Shown here: piece after piece, positions 1-11,800 of the stretch
Position numbering within the stretch: position 1 is the stretch's first letter
How the letters are laid out: each line of letters opens with the position of its first letter
Virus record (IMG/VR): IMGVR_UViG_3300043570_001980
Location: 186,001 to 250,000 of that record
Strand: one strand, 5' to 3'
DNA: 64,000 nucleotides
Position numbers and translations under genes: made by a program
The notes under the pieces: model-generated
Database searches by the model: none
What the model saw: only the letters and a program-made list of their open reading frames with translations
What the model was told of the DNA's origin: nothing

Positions 1-3000
1 TACATTTCTTACATACACCACCGGGGTGTACGAATATGCGTCTGAGTATATGTTTCCAACATCAAATATTTTTGTTGTTCCATCTCCAAATAATTCAACA
101 TCAGGAATAGTCAAAACTGTCACATTTGGAATGTCAGCGGCAATAATATCGTCTGCTAACTCTGCAACAGTTGTTCCTGAGCACTCGACCACAGTATTGT
201 TAATACGTATAGAATCTCCCGGAGTCAATGTTGGATTGGCCACAGTAGTGGTGGTGGTTCCGTACATTCCGCTCTGATTAATGTAATATTCAACTGCGCC
301 ACCCTGTGGACTACGATCGCCATTTAATGGCGCTCCCACAAACAAATTACAACCACTTAAACATTGTTCAACTGTGTATCCAAAATTAGCAAATGCTGGT
401 TGATCTTCATCTTCAACAGTTTGGATTAGATTAAATTGATTTGTATCAATTTCTATGATGTCACCAACATTTAACGCGGCTGTGATTGTTACAGTATTTC
501 CAGCCACTGAGAATGTTCCGTTGATGTTTTCGTCGGTGTTTAATAAGAACGCACCATTTAAAGTAACTGCGGTTGGACCAACAAGGGTTTCTGCAGTTGT
601 ATACGAAGTAACTGCTGAATCAGTAACAATAAATCTTTCCACTGCTCGATCAAACACATAGGCCTGGCCAGCATTGGTTGCATTTGGTGCTCCGATAATC
701 ACAGTACCACCTGTCTTTGGTGTGACCACACTCTGGCCAAATCTTGCTGTGTTGACTAATCCAGGAACAGTAAGCGCAGTTACAAATGTATAGTAAGTTT
801 TACTTGTTACTGTAATCGACGAGTCTGCAGGTGGAATGGTGTTGAACACCAAATCCAGTGAGCTCAGTGCGCTGTCACTATTGAAATCATAGTCAATGAA
901 CGGTCTGTACAGTTGTCCGTTAACTGTGACAGTGAATGAAAAGATATCTGTAGCGGTGTACAAATAAGGATCAAGTGGAAATACTGAAGTATTTGAAACT
1001 CCACTGCCTGACTGTGTGAATGAGACTATGCCTCCTGTTACCACTTCAGTTACGGTGATTGTCAGGTCATTGGCAGGGCTTGTACCACCACCAATGGTTG
1101 CGGCATCAATGACAATTGTGTTTGCAACTGCATAGGCTGTACCCGGTGAAGTCAATGTTACATAGTATACACCGCGATTTCTCCAGATGGTAAATTCAGC
1201 TCCTGATCCTGATCCTGAAGTTACATCTTGTGTGACATTATAATAAACCTGTTGATCAAGATTAACCGAACTATTACGTGTAACAACTAGTGGAAGACCA
1301 GCAGTTGGAACAGTACCAAGTACCACATTTTCTAGCGTTACTGTATAATCATCACCGTACACTAAAATTTCATCGCCAAGGGTTACTGTTATTTGTTCGT
1401 CGCTGTCAATAATAATACTGTTACTGTAGTTGTAAACATAGCTCACGCCGTCAGTGACATATCTGACTCTTTGTTCTGGTATATCAACTTGAGTAAACGC
1501 ATATACTTTATTGTTGCCCGGGGCACCAATGTACATCCATTGGTCGTTGGCGCTGACTACAACGCTGTGACCAAACTCGCCTTGGCCAAAATCCTGGTCA
1601 GGTGAAACCAATAGTTGTCTCTGTTCAAATACATTGCTAGAAGGATATTGATAAATTACACCAACATAACCTTGATTGTTATTGCTTTGACTGGCGCCGG
1701 CTGCGGCCCAATTTTCTCCGCCGATGTCAATGGCATTTCCATAGCCAACAGTTCCGGTGGCTCCTAGTTGAAGTAGTGTGTTCTGAATATATTGATCATT
1801 TTCAGCTTTGACATAGCTGTACACTCCGCCCGGGGCATCAACATTGTTGTTGGGATTGTATCCTGGAGCACCAACTAGAGCACCAATATTTTCAAAACCT
1901 TGGCTTACGCTAGCACCGAATCGTGAATTTTCAACGCTAACTGCTGGTGTTAAAATTGTCTTGAGTGCAAATGGACTTGTTTTTTCAATTACTATCCAGT
2001 TATTTTCAATTCCGTTGTCGTCAATCCAGGCCATGGCACCCGGTACCAGTTGAGCTGATATTGGATTGTTGGCCAAGTCAGATGCTTGTTTAAATCGTGA
2101 GCTCACTAATGTAAATGGTATTCCTGTGCCAGTTAGTGTGGTTTGTCCTCCAACAAAGGTATACGAAATCAGTATTGTGGTTAGAGTAGGAACTGCTAAA
2201 ACGTTGTAAACTCCGTCAATTGCTGTATCAAACTCTTTGATAATTATAAAATCACCCACAGACAAATTATGTTCTTTAGTAAATGTGACTGCGGCACGAT
2301 CGTTTAGGTTATCTGTTACTGTGGTAACTGTTCCTGGAACTTTGTTAACACGATATATGTTCCAGTCATAAGAGTTAGTTTTGGCAACCCAAATGGTTGT
2401 ACCAACTCCAATGGAAGGCAAGCTGTCAGCAATCTCTTGCGGGTTTTCTAAGCTGAAACAGATAATATCTGCATCATCAAAATTTACATAACCAGCAAAT
2501 GGCAAACGAGTAACCTCAAAATTGTCTGTTGTTGTTGGCAAAATATCAGGTGATGTTAGTTTATAACTTTCTTTCCAGACATCTTCTAACAGCACTTTTT
2601 GATCTGCTGGCGATTCTTGTGTTGGTAAAATAATTTCAATCAACGAAGGATCGCTGGGCAACAATGCCTGGTTTAACAATAATTCAAAATAGCTACGATT
2701 AGCGTTGGCACCGTAGGTACTGCGTTGTAAGGCCCAGAATTCATAGATGTCATACTGTGCAATTTCTTTGCCTAGGTTAGCAAAGGTAAAAATTTCTGCG
2801 GCACGTGGAGTACCTTTTGTTCCCAAGAATGACTGGTACAAGTTAACCTGACTTACGTCGGTGAGATTAAGGGCCTGCATGTATTCGCGAGGACGGAAAC
2901 CAATCAACCCGTAGCTGAATAAATCAACATCACGTTCTAAGTTTGCATTATAAACGCTGTATGCTTGTGCAAGCTGATTGCTGTCATTTGCGGCATTTGG

Positions 3001-6000
3001 TAACAGACCTTTTTGTATTGAGCCATAGTCGCTCTTAATCCAGGCGGAATAGTTAAATTCCTGTGACGGCTGAACAATTGTACCTGCACTCCAGTATTCA
3101 TTTTTAAACAGTACAATCTCGCCTTTGGCGTATTTTTTGTTTGGTATCCAGGCCACAATGTTGTCCTGGTTTAAAACAAATCCCGGAGCGTCAACTGTAC
3201 CGTTCCAATCACCACTTAGTGTACCAAATACACGAATACGGCTTTGACGTGCTCCAGTTACTGGTTGATAAATCAGGTCAGCAAAAATACTAGTGTTGTC
3301 AAGAACTGCAAGGTGTTCGTAAGCGGTAAATTTTAAATTTAAAAAGTTAATGGTGTTTGAAGTTAAACTAGAAACTTTAAATGTATTACCAAAACGATCA
3401 ATTTGTAAATCTGTTCCAGGAACAGGTGTGCGATTTTGATTTAAGATAATGTTATCAATGGTTACCGGCACTAGGCTTTCTACTACTGCACCTGGACGTG
3501 TGACAGAAATTGATGTTGCTGCCGGGTTAAGATTGATAATTGCACCTGGTGCCCAGCCCTGATTGCTCCAGTATACAAATTCCTGGGCCATTTGCTGCCA
3601 GTTAAGTGCAGAACCATTTTCTCGATTTTCAAAAATCAAGCCTTGAGTTTCAAGAAGTTTACCGTAGCTTAAAATAAAATCGCAAACTGCGGCCTTGTTA
3701 GTAAACACATATCCGTATGGAACTTGGGCCACTGTGTCAGAGTACTCGACTGGAACACTGATATTGACACCATTGGCAGAAATAGTTAGTGTCTTTCCGC
3801 TTGGCTTTGATACCAATATATCAAAATAAGGGGAGTTGGTACTGTATCCATACACGGCCCACCCATCCTCGGTGCTTTGAACAACAACAGAGCTGTAGAT
3901 AATCTTGGAGAACGGTTGATTTTTGTACAGCAGTAGTTGATAGCTTTCGTCGGGTAACATTAAACTTGCATTTAAACTGTTTGGTGTAGAGCGTTCAGTG
4001 TAAATTTTTAAATAATTTTTGTCGCTGAATGCAGCCATTCTCCAGCAGAGTCTTACATCAATGTTATATAATGCATCAGTTAATCCTGTTGTGCTGTTGA
4101 TACCTCTCTGACGATTGTAGTCAATGATCCAGTCAATATAACTGGCTTTGCTGACTCCGTTACCATACAAAGGCTCTAGATGTTTAGCGTCAAGTCGGTA
4201 ACGATTGTCCCATAGATATTGCTCTTGCGCAGAATCATATACATAACGATCTCTGTCGGCAAATAATGCAAAAAACTTAGCAGGTTTAGTTAGTGCCAAT
4301 AATCTCATCACAGCAAACGGCCATGAACTGCTGGTACGCCAAGATGATTCCACTGGGCCATCATCACCAAACACCCAACTACGTCTGAAACTGGTTTGAT
4401 CAAAATTTCCAACTATTGAATTAAACGGGCTGGTTAACTCTCCTTCAGACCCCGACGGGATAACCTGAGTTAGTCCATTACGTACATACAGTGGATTAAC
4501 ATAGTGACCAACTGGGTCTTTAATTAATCCTTTTTCAAGATCTTCCCACAGAACCAAGTTTCCTGATGTGTATGGTGCAGGACCGTATTCTGCTTCCCAC
4601 CAATATGGTTGCTCACTAAACCCAAGCATTTCCCAAGGAGTGGTATTAGGAGTAATTGTGTCGTAGAAATATAAGTAGTTGCCGCGCCAGCCACCCAGCA
4701 ATGGTTTGTTATCTAACTTGTTTGCACTTTGGCTGTAATTGTATGTAAACGGATCCAATGGTACATAAAACTGAGTATTGTAGTCAAGTTTATTCCATCC
4801 TACCCAGCTTAAAAAATCTTCGCTGAGAATCTCATTGATCTCAGTAAGAGAATATTGTGTGGTTCTAAACTGTCCAGGCATGACTTCATCTAGAACCATT
4901 GGGATTTCACTAATAATTTTTAGATTATTAAAAATTCGTGTTTCAAATTCTAACAAAACCTGATCTCGAAAATCCCCAAATGCCACAGTGATACTGCCGT
5001 CATGCCCCTGTATTACTTCTGTTGGATTGACATAAGTGTCCGACACAAACATAGATGGTTTAAATGACGGATACAATCCAATCTTTGTTGGTGTGTTTGG
5101 AACGTAGCTACCATAAGTTGTATCATATTCTCGAATCTTGATAACATCTCCAATTGCCAGAGTTGCTGTGATTGTCATTGTAGGAGAATCAGCAGATACT
5201 GTATAATCATAACCGCGAGTTAGAATGTTACCATTCAAATAAACTAGCAGGCTGTGGTAGTTTGAAGATGTAAAACTATAAATTTTTGTTAGATCAAATG
5301 TACTGTCGCTAGTGAACGAATATGTGTACGTTGTCTCAGTATACGTTTCTCCGCTGGGGATCATGTCACTCCAGTAGAATGGTGACAGGTTTGATCGTCC
5401 TATTGAAATTTCTTGTAATACAGAATCCAGCACCTGAGTCGGTGTTAAATTAATATAATTTCCTTTGGCGGCCAAGTCCAGCAACAATGATTTATATTTT
5501 GTGTATTCCTGACTATTAAATCTTAGAGAATTAAACAACTCATATTGTTGTTCTCTGAGAAATACACCCGTTAGTGCCAACGGAGAGGAGTGTTGCACAA
5601 TATTGGCACCGTAGGGAATTAAATCTCCGAGATCTCGAGTGTTATTTGCGCCATTGATTGGTCCAACAAGATCTTTAAGATTTTGTCCAATAGTTTCATA
5701 GTGAGTTCTAATTGTGCCAAGAGTGTACGATCCGCTATTTTCGTTAAGAGGATTGTTTTCAAGATTTAACGGAACTTGATAGAATCCAACTTTACTTGGG
5801 TAGTTACTCAGTGCTTGTAGTTCAATTATTGTGCCAACCGGCGGCGGCGCTGCCAATTCAATTATGGTATTTTGTCCGCTAATAGTCACTGAATAGTTGC
5901 CTGGGTCAACAAACACGCCCTCAATAAACATCTGTACTGCTGGAAAAACCGACGTAGTTGTCACGGGCACATCGAGTTTTAAGTTTTCACCGTTGTACGT

Positions 6001-8814
6001 AAATCTAAATATTTGGCGGCTTTGATTTTCTGCTGCCGCTTTTTGCCAACCAATTACTTCGGTAAACGACACACGGTCAATGTATTCTCTAACAAACCCA
6101 GTGCTTACTTTTAATTCTGAACTTATATTATCTTTGACATAGATAAAAGTATCATTGTACAGGTAGTTTTCAAATACAATGTCACCAAGGTTATTGATAT
6201 TCAAATACTTTAGAGAAAAGCCAAGCACAACGTCCACTGACGATGTGGTTCCTACTCCGTAGCCAAACAATCTTGACCCTGTAAATGTTGAACTTGGGTA
6301 AACTGCGCGATTGCCAAAGCTTACTCCGTTGGAATCAAACACATCAAACAATGGTGGTTGATTAACTCCGGTTTTTTCTTGTGCTTCAAACCAAGACACC
6401 CCGTCAAACCAATAGCTCTTTCCTTGCTGTGTATTGCCACTTAAACAAACAACAGTTTGATTTACCAATGCTTGACTGTTGATAACTGGGACCAAATCAA
6501 TAATTTTAACGCCTGAGCCTGTTGTATCAATAAACTTAACTTCATAGATTCGATTGCGCACAGTTGCATCTGAATCATTGGCAAAAATCACGAGGCTACC
6601 ATCGATAAATGTGTATCCATCAGTACTGTAGCCTCGCTGACCATTGATGTTGCTGAATGCATCTGTGCTGGCAAAGTCAACAATGTTAACTGGTGGCTTG
6701 GCCTGTGTTCCGTTGTTGTATAAATCGATGTTTGCACGAAATTCAATAATTGGACGTTTTGCTCTGAAATTATTATCTATGACCGCTACCTGATTGTTGT
6801 ATTCAGCAGTGGCATTGATAACATCTTTGTGGAACCAACGATTACTACGGCTCCAGGCATTTCTATCTTGGCTTGCACGATTTATTGTAATATAGTCAGG
6901 CACCGTTGGCGCATTTAAACTAGCATCCCAGGGAGTAGAATCATAGGATGTAAAATCATAAGGAATGGTTTCACTTTTGGTATATGTTTCTGGTGTGACT
7001 AGGTCGCTGACTGGAATTAAAACAATACCGTTGCCTTTTGGTGCTCCTGCTACTCCGCTGGTTGCCAATGGAGTACCGGCTGGGCCGCCGGCGCCGATGT
7101 TGAGCAGACTCTCTTCTACAGTATCATAGATATATTGTTGGTACACGTCAGTCTGGCGTATTGTTCCTGTGATTTTTTGACCATCTTTAAGATGCCAGGC
7201 GCCAAAATACGCTTCACCGTCAACAAATCCAACTCGAGCAGAAATACCCGGGCCGGTGCCAACACCTTCAACATAGTATTCTAAATCCTGGTAGCCAGCA
7301 GGGACTGTGGGTCCACGAAATTGAACTTTTAATCCATTGGTAAACTCTACGCCATTTTGACTAATGTAATTTTTAGCACCAATAATGTCATTGATATTGA
7401 TCGGTTCTACCTGTTCAGCATCAATCAGTCGTATTTGTCCAAAAATTTCAGGGTTTGTGCTGTCTTGATACCACAGCGTGTTGAGTACCGCTGTCAGCAA
7501 AGGAATTTGCTCAAAGTAACCTGATGCATTCTTATACCATGAAGTACCGCTGTAAGTTACTCCAAACAAGATTTTAAACTTACTGAGATTATTCACAGGC
7601 AATATGCTAGATAAGCGAATATACGGGTCTAGTCCGGTTTCTGAAATGTATTGAATTTGCCAAATACTATAACGCTGTGCCTGTGATGTGATGTCTGTTG
7701 TCTGATCAAATAAAATGCTGTCATAACTGCCCGGTTGACCATCCAAGGGATCGGGTTCACCGCTGACAATTATATCTGTAAGTGTTTCATAAGGAACGCT
7801 ATCATAAGGTTGGCCGTTCACATCATAGCTGATAGACGCTCCAACTTGATTGGGTACAGTACGAACCAACGGGTCAAATGGTGTGGTTAATTGCCAGCCG
7901 CCGGATTCAGCATCTGGGTTCCTGTTTAGGAAAATAACAGTTTTGTTATTGAGGTTGGTGGTTCCGTCAATTCCATTTGGAAATTCTTGCAAGAATTGTG
8001 CAACAGAGATATTATTAATCTGATTAAAGTTTAAAGTTGTTACAAGGTCAACGCTACCAATATCATTTAAGTTGTAGTAAAAGTCCTGAGCAGTTTTCAA
8101 CGGAACATTAAAAGTGACCGTGCCCTGGTCTTCACCGTTGTTGACTACCCCCAACACATCTCGGCTGCTAATATTTGGCGTTGCTGATAACCGGCCATTG
8201 ATACCTGGCTCGGCTTGAATCCAGAACTTGCTACCAGGTTGGTTCACAGTGAATTGATAACTGCCGCCACGTGCAACAGTGATGATCGGATCTTTGCCTC
8301 GCACATCGCTAAATGTGTAATCGTTGGTTTCACGAGTTACTTCCCAAGTGTCAGTCAGTGGAACTTCAGTTGTGCTAATGTCAACGCTGTCTACGCCTTG
8401 CGGTAGCCAATAGTACTGACTATAGTTTGAAAACTTATCAAAGTCGCAGAATGGATCCCAAGAATAATATTGACTTTCAAAGAGTCTATCTTGTTTGGTA
8501 ACATTGGCATTTTGCAACTCTAACGCATCAACCATACCAGGGTATGTGATTGCATCAATAGCTGTGCTAGTATCTGGCTTTAAGAAAATAACACCTGGTT
8601 CAAATTGATAGTTTGTTCGTGTGGCTGTTGGTTCAGTGACATAATAATCTGCCGGATTAACTCCTGGACCAACACGACGTCCTACATATCCTTGTGTTTT
8701 CTTTGTGATAGGTTCTTGTGTCAGTTGATCTAATGTAGCAGACAAAAACTTTCGGTTTGTGTCTGTACGAAAAATCTCTGGAAGAAGGTCAATTGTACGT
8801 CTGCGTGTTGCCAT
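1..8814 (-). CDS. Giant virion/baseplate-associated structural protein, partial (>2938 aa, open at the left window edge), with FG-GAP-like repeats toward the C-terminus
   Basis: ATG at 8814-8812 overlaps the TAA of the upstream wedge gene (TAATG) and reads MATRRRTIDLLPEIFRTDTNRKFL. The same frame is still open at position 1 (..DAYSYTPVVYVRNV). The ORF track lists no long terminated ORF in this frame, consistent with no stop. Repeats SRFGASV..VGAPG, GEFGHSV..IGAPG, RFGQSV..IGAP and NFGYTV..VGAP lie at ~330-1925. Confidence 0.8.
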   Translation of the reverse strand, partial: MATRRRTIDLLPEIFRTDTNRKFLSATLDQLTQEPITKKTQGYVGRRVGPGVNPADYYVTEPTATRTNYQFEPGVIFLKPDTSTAIDAITYPGMVDALELQNANVTKQDRLFESQYYSWDPFCDFDKFSNYSQYYWLPQGVDSVDISTTEVPLTDTWEVTRETNDYTFSDVRGKDPIITVARGGSYQFTVNQPGSKFWIQAEPGINGRLSATPNISSRDVLGVVNNGEDQGTVTFNVPLKTAQDFYYNLNDIGSVDLVTTLNFNQINNISVAQFLQEFPNGIDGTTNLNNKTVIFLNRNPDAESGGWQLTTPFDPLVRTVPNQVGASISYDVNGQPYDSVPYETLTDIIVSGEPDPLDGQPGSYDSILFDQTTDITSQAQRYSIWQIQYISETGLDPYIRLSSILPVNNLSKFKILFGVTYSGTSWYKNASGYFEQIPLLTAVLNTLWYQDSTNPEIFGQIRLIDAEQVEPININDIIGAKNYISQNGVEFTNGLKVQFRGPTVPAGYQDLEYYVEGVGTGPGISARVGFVDGEAYFGAWHLKDGQKITGTIRQTDVYQQYIYDTVEESLLNIGAGGPAGTPLATSGVAGAPKGNGIVLIPVSDLVTPETYTKSETIPYDFTSYDSTPWDASLNAPTVPDYITINRASQDRNAWSRSNRWFHKDVINATAEYNNQVAVIDNNFRAKRPIIEFRANIDLYNNGTQAKPPVNIVDFASTDAFSNINGQRGYSTDGYTFIDGSLVIFANDSDATVRNRIYEVKFIDTTGSGVKIIDLVPVINSQALVNQTVVCLSGNTQQGKSYWFDGVSWFEAQEKTGVNQPPLFDVFDSNGVSFGNRAVYPSSTFTGSRLFGYGVGTTSSVDVVLGFSLKYLNINNLGDIVFENYLYNDTFIYVKDNISSELKVSTGFVREYIDRVSFTEVIGWQKAAAENQSRQIFRFTYNGENLKLDVPVTTTSVFPAVQMFIEGVFVDPGNYSVTISGQNTIIELAAPPPVGTIIELQALSNYPSKVGFYQVPLNLENNPLNENSGSYTLGTIRTHYETIGQNLKDLVGPINGANNTRDLGDLIPYGANIVQHSSPLALTGVFLREQQYELFNSLRFNSQEYTKYKSLLLDLAAKGNYINLTPTQVLDSVLQEISIGRSNLSPFYWSDMIPSGETYTETTYTYSFTSDSTFDLTKIYSFTSSNYHSLLVYLNGNILTRGYDYTVSADSPTMTITATLAIGDVIKIREYDTTYGSYVPNTPTKIGLYPSFKPSMFVSDTYVNPTEVIQGHDGSITVAFGDFRDQVLLEFETRIFNNLKIISEIPMVLDEVMPGQFRTTQYSLTEINEILSEDFLSWVGWNKLDYNTQFYVPLDPFTYNYSQSANKLDNKPLLGGWRGNYLYFYDTITPNTTPWEMLGFSEQPYWWEAEYGPAPYTSGNLVLWEDLEKGLIKDPVGHYVNPLYVRNGLTQVIPSGSEGELTSPFNSIVGNFDQTSFRRSWVFGDDGPVESSWRTSSSWPFAVMRLLALTKPAKFFALFADRDRYVYDSAQEQYLWDNRYRLDAKHLEPLYGNGVSKASYIDWIIDYNRQRGINSTTGLTDALYNIDVRLCWRMAAFSDKNYLKIYTERSTPNSLNASLMLPDESYQLLLYKNQPFSKIIYSSVVVQSTEDGWAVYGYSTNSPYFDILVSKPSGKTLTISANGVNISVPVEYSDTVAQVPYGYVFTNKAAVCDFILSYGKLLETQGLIFENRENGSALNWQQMAQEFVYWSNQGWAPGAIINLNPAATSISVTRPGAVVESLVPVTIDNIILNQNRTPVPGTDLQIDRFGNTFKVSSLTSNTINFLNLKFTAYEHLAVLDNTSIFADLIYQPVTGARQSRIRVFGTLSGDWNGTVDAPGFVLNQDNIVAWIPNKKYAKGEIVLFKNEYWSAGTIVQPSQEFNYSAWIKSDYGSIQKGLLPNAANDSNQLAQAYSVYNANLERDVDLFSYGLIGFRPREYMQALNLTDVSQVNLYQSFLGTKGTPRAAEIFTFANLGKEIAQYDIYEFWALQRSTYGANANRSYFELLLNQALLPSDPSLIEIILPTQESPADQKVLLEDVWKESYKLTSPDILPTTTDNFEVTRLPFAGYVNFDDADIICFSLENPQEIADSLPSIGVGTTIWVAKTNSYDWNIYRVNKVPGTVTTVTDNLNDRAAVTFTKEHNLSVGDFIIIKEFDTAIDGVYNVLAVPTLTTILISYTFVGGQTTLTGTGIPFTLVSSRFKQASDLANNPISAQLVPGAMAWIDDNGIENNWIVIEKTSPFALKTILTPAVSVENSRFGASVSQGFENIGALVGAPGYNPNNNVDAPGGVYSYVKAENDQYIQNTLLQLGATGTVGYGNAIDIGGENWAAAGASQSNNNQGYVGVIYQYPSSNVFEQRQLLVSPDQDFGQGEFGHSVVVSANDQWMYIGAPGNNKVYAFTQVDIPEQRVRYVTDGVSYVYNYSNSIIIDSDEQITVTLGDEILVYGDDYTVTLENVVLGTVPTAGLPLVVTRNSSVNLDQQVYYNVTQDVTSGSGSGAEFTIWRNRGVYYVTLTSPGTAYAVANTIVIDAATIGGGTSPANDLTITVTEVVTGGIVSFTQSGSGVSNTSVFPLDPYLYTATDIFSFTVTVNGQLYRPFIDYDFNSDSALSSLDLVFNTIPPADSSITVTSKTYYTFVTALTVPGLVNTARFGQSVVTPKTGGTVIIGAPNATNAGQAYVFDRAVERFIVTDSAVTSYTTAETLVGPTAVTLNGAFLLNTDENINGTFSVAGNTVTITAALNVGDIIEIDTNQFNLIQTVEDEDQPAFANFGYTVEQCLSGCNLFVGAPLNGDRSPQGGAVEYYINQSGMYGTTTTTVANPTLTPGDSIRINNTVVECSGTTVAELADDIIAADIPNVTVLTIPDVELFGDGTTKIFDVGNIYSDAYSYTPVVYVRNV

Positions 8815-11800
8815 TAATATTCACCTGTCTGGCTTAGTGTGCTGTTTAATCTTCCGGTACTGCTAACACTAACAGGATATAATCCTGACACCGGAGTTTG
8901 ACTTTGAATGTTACTTTGTGTCAGTGCGTCAATCACTTGAACGTCAGCCACTGTTGCTCCATTAACAAAAATTTCATTTGGCGCTGATCTAATTTCATAT
9001 AAATCACCAAAACTTTTCAATGGGTTCAATGGAACAAGAACCACTGAACTGATAATAGAACCCATTTGTGTATGTAGATATGCGGCTAATTCTGAGAAAA
9101 AGAAGCTGTCGCCAAAATCCCATTTATCAATGGTAAAATAATTGTTTACATTTGCAATAACCTGGCTCTTGATTTCGCTAACTGTGGCTGTTACTTTTGG
9201 TGCCTTGACAACTTTAATTGTTGCTCTCAGACTGGCTGCGGCTTTGGGGCCAAATAATGGCTTAAAGACCACTGTGTTAGGTACTAGATTATCAGAAATC
9301 ATTTTATAGTCATCTAGTTTGGCGTAGGCTGTTGACAGCTCTGAAATTGTTGGTGGGCTTGGTTCAGGAACAGTACCTGTGGTGTCTTTGATGTAATTCT
9401 GATAAGCAGTATAATACTCCGCAACTACCAAATATAAGTCAATGATGTTGGTTGATCCTGGATCAATAATGTTAGTCAATGGACTATTATGTCTATATTG
9501 AAATCCAAGTGTTTGTCTGCCAATTCTAGCCTTGTAGATATTTGTTTGCACTAGTGTACGTTGTACAATTCCATTTACTACTGTAAAGACCAACTCATAA
9601 AATACCTTTTCGTCATATGCGTAAAATACTTGTCCACCAACAAATTGAGTTTTAACTACCTCAATGTCATTCTTGGTTGCGTATTGAGCATTTACAATGC
9701 CAGGTTCAACTGGTAGATATCTTTCTAGATTATCAAAATCAACTGTTTGTTTTAAAAATATTAATTTTGAATTTGGATCAATGTTTGGTGCAACAATTTC
9801 ATCAAAGAAGTCTGGGTTATCCGCAACGCCATCAGCATCCGAATCAACATAGCTAACAATAACTTCGTAGTCGTTGACATAGCCGTCGCTTTGTACTGGC
9901 TGTGCAATAATATCCATTTTAACATCGCTGGTCAACGGTTGGTTGCTGTCAGGTTTTGAGTTTGTTTTTAATACTTTTATGAAATCATCAATTACTAATC
10001 CAGTGCGACTGTCATAGATGCTTTCGTTGCCGTCAAAGGTAAAACGTGTTTGTAGTACACTGGCAAAAACATAATCCAACCCACGAGAAACCACTGTGTA
10101 AGAAACCCCGTTGGTAATAAATTGGATTAGCCAGGAAGCATCAAGATTTAATCCTTCGGTATTTTGTGCATAAGAAAGGCTAAACGGAGCATCTTGGTGT
10201 AGGTTTGAGCTGGTAATCAGATACCAGGTCGATGTTAAGTTATTATAACCCAACCCAAAGTTTCTAAACAATTCAATCTGTTGTAACATTTGTTGACGAA
10301 TTGTGCTTGGTAAATCGTCAATAAATTTAGGAATTACTTCTACTGCAAGAGCGCCGGTGGGTACAAAATTGTTTAAAATAACCGGCCCAGTTCCATCAGG
10401 AAAGTTGCCTAGACCTTGGTTAGTTCCGTCTAACACCACTGCCATGATTGTTGCCCAGATAATTAATTTTTCGTCAGCACGTAATGGAACTCCAGCAACT
10501 AGCTTGTTGTTTGCGTCGAAGAAGTATCCTGACGGAGCGGCAAATTTAATCAATGATCCTTGTGTTAAGTATTTGGCATTGTTACTGGCATAGCTACCAA
10601 TAGACTGTGGAGAGGTTGGGGTGCCAACATAAAAATATCCAGTGGTTTCTCTAACCACAGTTGTGCTTTGGTTCCAGGCAAAATTTAATACAGATAAACT
10701 TGGGCGAGGATAATTCGCATAGTAAAACTGTTGCATACTGCGGCCAGGAAGAATTGGTTCTATGTTGTTAGCAATAGTATCAACAATGTCGTTGCGATTG
10801 ATCCAAGCAAAGTCAAAGCTTGGCAATACGTTCTGACGATATAGTACGCCATCAGATGCAAAAATGTTAGTGGAACTGTACTTGCCGGTGATATCAGTAA
10901 AATCTACATATCGACTGGTGCCTGTACTAGACCGTGCCACTGCCTTGCTTTTGATAATGCTATTATACAAAGTAAACGGAAAGTTGTTGTAATCTTCGCC
11001 GTTGACCATACGGTTCTGTGTGTAGTAACGAGCAGGCGCACGTTGTTTAATTTCATCAATGGTTTCACGAGGAGCGGCATTGCTTACTGGAGTTGTAATA
11101 CCGCATGTGAATGTAATTGTTTCCAGGCGCCCTGTGCGGCTGATGTAGCTGATAGGCAAGGAAATACTTTGCATTTCCTCAGGATTAATGATATATCTTA
11201 ATCCATTGCTGGCACGAACATAGGTACGATAAAAGCCCACTGGGACTTCGCTGAATACTCCGTCACCAAATGTCATGGTGATTTGATCATTGGTTCGACT
11301 TGTAATAGAATAAATTTTGCGTTGATCAGGAGAAAGCTGTTCAAGTGCGGCAGCATAGACACTTTCAACATATTTCCACTCAGTGGCAATAGAACCAATA
11401 TTATCCAGTTGATATAACCAATAGTCTTGGTTGTTAATACCTTCAATATTGATGTTGACTGTGCGGTTAGGAAGTGCTTCAGCTAGGTTAAAGTCTTGGT
11501 TTTGCAATACACCCTGTTTAAATAAGAAAAAGAATCCATTGTTTTCACTGCCAAACCCCAGCGAATCGTTGCGGTACATAACATTGAATACGCCATTAGG
11601 ACGAGGTGCTGGTTCATAGATGTAGTCTTTGCCCTGGCTAGTGCCGCTGACTGCTTCGAACGGCATGTTGACGCCGTCAACTGCGGTGGTATAAGGAATG
11701 ACAGGCAAAAACCCAGGTACTAAATTGATTGCATATTCAGAAGTATCAATGCCTAAAAGCGTTTGTTTATTGCCTGGGCGCCCATATTTTTGACTGTCTA

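Noticed and set aside
1-8813. Apparent 8.8 kb gene desert or recoded stop codons
   Set aside because: Explained by one minus-strand ORF with no stop inside the window; all other genes read normally in code 11, using TAA, TAG and TGA stops.
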